Assembly (NCBI GenBank): GCA_001662655.1
Contig: KV460206.1
Source: Pseudogymnoascus verrucosus
Taxonomy: Eukaryota
Length of the DNA: 64,000 nt
Strand: one strand, 5' to 3'
Part shown: one piece after another, positions 60,071 to 64,000 of the stretch
Numbering within the stretch: the first letter of the stretch is position 1
How the letters are laid out: every line of letters begins with the position of its first letter
Position numbers and translations under genes: made by a program
The notes under the pieces: model-generated
What the model was told of the DNA's origin: nothing
The model's input: the letters and a program-made list of their open reading frames with translations, nothing else
The model's database searches: none

Positions 60071-60755
60071 TCTGATGTATTGGCTACGACCTATAAGGAC
60101 CACAATAAAGTGGGTAATTTCTTCTTTTGCTAACTGAGAACTCCAATATTTGCTATATTTGCTATATTTGGATAAGTTCAGCGATCCTGACAGCTGCATG
60201 TGCTACAGAGTAATACTCTTTACTGTGCGGGACTGACTGAGACAAATGCTTGGCATGTTTATCCACGCATAATCCAGGGAATAATAACCAGAGCAATAGG
60301 CTACTGAAGTACAGATCATGTGAGAGCTCTATGTACAAAACATATCGTATGAAGACGCTATCCATATATTTGGTATACCGCTTGTTGTCAAAGGAGCTGG
60401 CCAGGGATTAGATGTACTATCTCTTCGAGAATATGGATGTAAGGAATATATCGTGAGCTATTTTTTTATGTAATTACTGGTAGAATATATAAAGTTATCT
60501 CAGCATACTTATTTGACGTCACTACACTCAAAAACACACGAGTCCAATAAAAGGCATAGCTCATACAACACAGTAATGCAAGTGCCACCAATAATACCAC
60601 AGCCGTTAGCCATGTCTCGGTGTAATATATTTGAGATCATATCAAAAAAGGACATACGACACATGGTCTAAAGCCTATAGTGTCATTTTGCTCATATTCG
60701 CTATATCTATCTACGAAAACTCAAGATACCGCCGCCACCCCTATTTTAAACCGGT

Positions 60756-63700
60756 CTAGGCGCTGACGCTCAGTCCGGAAGATGACTGTAAAATCTCATG
60801 TGCGCTCCGTTTCACGATCCCGCCCGTCACCGGGAGAAGGGACGAATTTTCCAAAAACATATCACACTCCCGTGCACAACTTCTGCCTTCGTTTATTCCC
60901 TAGATATTACCGTTAGTTGCCAGGCTTCATTGAAAAGATATTGGGTTCACTTACCCAAACGATTAGCGACTGCCCACGACGACAATCACCGGCAGCAAAA
61001 ATGCCCTCTACATTCGTGCTGTATTTACCAGGGGGCGTCTTGACGTTCTTGCGTGCGTCCTTCTCTATTTCGTCTCCAAGAACACGATCCTCAGGGCCCA
61101 GGAAACCCATTGAGAGAAGCACCAACTCAGCTGGGAAGAATTGCTGCGACCCTTCGATCTTCTTCATGTCCCATCCGCCAGTCGCAGACTTGGTCCATTC
61201 CACGCGGATAGTATTGATTCCCTTGACAGTTCCATTGCCATCATCAACAAAATCCTCGGACATGACACAGAACTCACGTGGGTCCTTGCCCATGTGTTGC
61301 TTTACTTCTGTATGGCCATAGTCAACCCGGTAGATCCTTGGCCACTGAGGCCATGGGTTGTCACGGGCACGCTCAGGAGGCGGTTGGGGCAGCAGCTCGA
61401 AGTTTGTGACGGACTTAGCACCATGACGGAGTGATGTACCGATGCAGTCATTTCCTGTATCTCCGCCGCCAATAACAACTACATTCTTTCCCTTGGCAGA
61501 AATGTATGAGCCGTCATCAAGGTTAGAATCGAGAAGGGATTTGGTATTTTTGTGCAAGAATTGCATAGCAAAGTGAATACCTTCCAGGTTTCGATTCTTT
61601 ATTGGAAGATCACGCGCAACCGTGGCCCCGGTAGCAATGACAACTGCATCGTTCTCTTTCTTGAGGTCCAAGAGCTCAACATCCTCACCCACAGCGACTC
61701 CGGTTTTGAAAATAATGCCTTCGGATGCCATGAAGTCCGTGCGGCGCTTCACAATCATCTTGTCGAGTTTCATATTTGGGATGCCATACATCAGCAGGCC
61801 ACCGGGTCGGTCTGCACGCTCATAAACAGTCACCAGATGACCGGCCTTGTTGAGCTGGTCGGCGCAGGCAAGACCGGCGGGTCCGGATCCTATAATTGCA
61901 ACCTTCTTTCCGGTGCGTACCTTGGGTGGTTGAGGCACCATCCAACCCATATCAAACCCTCTATCTATGATAGCACATTCGATAGATTTGATACCGACCG
62001 GATCTTCGTTGATACCGAGCACGCAGGCTCCCTCGCACGGTGCTGGGCAAACACGGCCTGTAAACTCAGGGAAGTTGTTTGTCATGATAAGCCTGTTCAA
62101 AGCATCCTTCCATTGGTTCTGGAAAACGAGCTCATTCCACTTTGGAATGATGTTCGATATAGGACATCCCGAGTCAGACTGGCAGAAGGGCACGCCACAA
62201 TCCATGCAGCGAGCGGCTTGGTACTTGAGCTCATCCTCATCGAGACGTTTAGAAAGTTCAGCCCAATCACGAGTTCTTGTTTTCGCCGAACGGTACTTTT
62301 CCGAGCGCCGTTGGTATTTCATGAATCCCTTTGTTTTATCAAGGACCAAGGACCGTTTTTTCTCTGCGGCAGCATCGCCAACTGTCTCTTCTATATCTTG
62401 AAGATCCTGTTTCTTTCCATGTGCATGATTGCCCGAGGCACCTTCACGCGACCCTCGGTCTTCAGCTTTATGCAAGAGAGGTAACTGAAATTCGGCTTGT
62501 TTTGCCTCAGCTGCTTTCGCGGCTTCTTCAGCAAGAACTCTCTTATAGTCGACGGGCAGTACTTTTATGAAGCGCTTAAGTGCGCGATTGAAGTCTAGCA
62601 GAATGCGGGCGGCAAGTTCGGACCCAGTGTAGTGATGGTGATCTTCTACCAGTCCACGGACAAACGCTATTTCCGCAGGATCGTCGATGGCAGAAGCTTC
62701 AACCATCTCCATATTGAGTTTGGACATGAAGTCTTGGTGTATATCCAAAACGTAAGCAATACCGCCAGACATTCCAGCAGCAAAGTTGCGTCCTGTACTT
62801 CCGAGAATGAGAACTCGGCCACCAGTCATGTATTCGCAGCCGTGGTCACCAACGCCCTCAACAACAGCTGTAACACCTGAGTTACGCACTGCGAAGCGCT
62901 CTGCAGCCATGCCTCGAAAAAAGACGGACCCGCCTGTGGCACCATAGAGGCAAACATTCCCGACAATCACATTTTCCTCGGCTTTGAAGACAGCTGCCCG
63001 GGAAGGATAGATAATCAAGCGACCGCCAGAGAGGCCTTTCCCGACATAGTCGTTGGCATCGCCCTCGAGCTCCAACGTAATACCAGGGGCAAGGAAAGCA
63101 CCAAATGACTGCCCGGCAGACCCCTTAATGTTCACGTGAACAGTATCCATCGGTAGGCCCTCCTCGCCATACCGTTTCGACACCTGATAGGACAGCGAAG
63201 TCCCCATAGCACGGTCAGTGTTAATGACATCGCACTCGATGCGTGATGGTAGGCCCTTATCTAGCGTCAATTCAGCTTCGGAAATGAGCTTATTATCAAG
63301 CCTAACATAAAGGCGGTGATCTTGTTTGCGCACATTGAATGTCGCGACACCAGGGCGTAACTGGTGGGCTGGTGTTAAAATCAGCGACAGATCTATGTTG
63401 GCTGTTTTGGGAGTCCGTAAGTCATCGCGGACACGGAGGACCTCTGCATGCCCAACCATTTCATTGATCGTTCGGAATCCAAGCTTGGCCATGATGGCAC
63501 GAAGCTCGTTGGCGATATAGTAGAAGAAATTGATCACATCTTCTGGTGCACCCTTGAATTTCTTACGAAGCTCTGGATCTTGAGTGGCAATGCCGACGGG
63601 GCAAGTATTCAGATGACATTTGCGCATGAAAATACACCCCATTGCAATGAGAGGTGTTGTAGCAAATCCCCATTCTTCGGCGCCGAGAAGACAGGCAATA

Positions 63701-64000
63701 GCGACGTCTCTGCCAGTTCGCAGCTGCCCATCGGTTTGTACAACGACACGTCCTCGAAGGTCATTGAGCACTAGAGTCTGATGAGTCTCTGCCAGCCCAA
63801 GCTCCCATGGTAAGCCGGCATATTTGATACCAGTCCACCTAGATGCTCCGGTACCACCGTCATGTCCGGAGATCAAAATATGATCTGCTTTGGCTTTTGC
63901 AACCCCTGAAGCAACAATGCCAACCCCGGTTTCAGATACCAGCTTCACCGATACTCTGGCTCGAGGGTTTGAACACTTTAAGTCGTAAATCAGTTGTTTG
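60756..64000 (-). CDS. GLT1: NADH-dependent glutamate synthase (GOGAT), 3' portion; exons >64000-60955, 60899-60756
   Basis: Motifs [54 protein letters not shown] and [20 protein letters not shown]. The fused alpha-beta chain is 5'-truncated by the window. Confidence 0.97.

Noticed and set aside
60652..60670. ACATACGAC, resembling the 5' end of ascomycete 5S rRNA
   Set aside because: Similarity stops after 9 nt and no internal 5S motifs follow.
1..64000. TPP riboswitch, stop-codon readthrough (TGA-CTA) with cryptic PTS1, and transposase/RT remnants
   Set aside because: Reading by eye, I saw no aptamer core, no readthrough context at the stops I inspected and no mobile-element protein motifs. 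Infernal and RepeatMasker runs would be needed to exclude them fully.

Overview
This is a gene-dense 64 kb segment of a filamentous ascomycete (Pezizomycotina) chromosome. The compact GT..CTRAC..YAG introns and the long pyr-4-type OMP decarboxylase fit a Leotiomycete or Sordariomycete, and a Pseudogymnoascus-like genome is my unverified impression. I can support 23 protein-coding genes, with introns resolved by hand. Housekeeping genes: tubulin cofactor B, TRM9, RPT6, URA3/pyrG, seipin, NIC96, EMC10, VTC2/3 and the 3' part of GLT1. Signalling, transport and ubiquitin genes: PA-TM-RING E3, divergent USP deubiquitinase, rhodanese-PTP phosphatase, VNX1-like exchanger and a CorA-like protein. Metabolic and regulatory genes: L-galactonate dehydratase, a DHDPS-family aldolase, a DAL81/TamA-like Zn2Cys6 factor and a Myb factor. 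Poorly characterised genes: a spermidine-synthase-like membrane methyltransferase, a secreted beta-propeller protein, an IMPACT-domain protein and two hypothetical proteins. I found no tRNA, rRNA, transposase or CRISPR. The most interesting signals are regulatory. (i) The Myb gene probably initiates at a GUG codon behind a spliced, uORF-bearing leader. (ii) A co-oriented TF, aldolase paralogue and gaaB form a block, with GARE sites upstream of gaaB but none in the proximal aldolase promoter. (iii) The Zn2Cys6 factor has a ~1.8 kb AUG-depleted upstream region with intron signals. (iv) The 4 kb spacer before the aldolase contains orphan introns that suggest spliced non-coding transcripts. (v) A 68-69 bp minisatellite conserves only its motif islands. 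All of these are sequence-based inferences and need RNA-seq, Ribo-seq or comparative checks.
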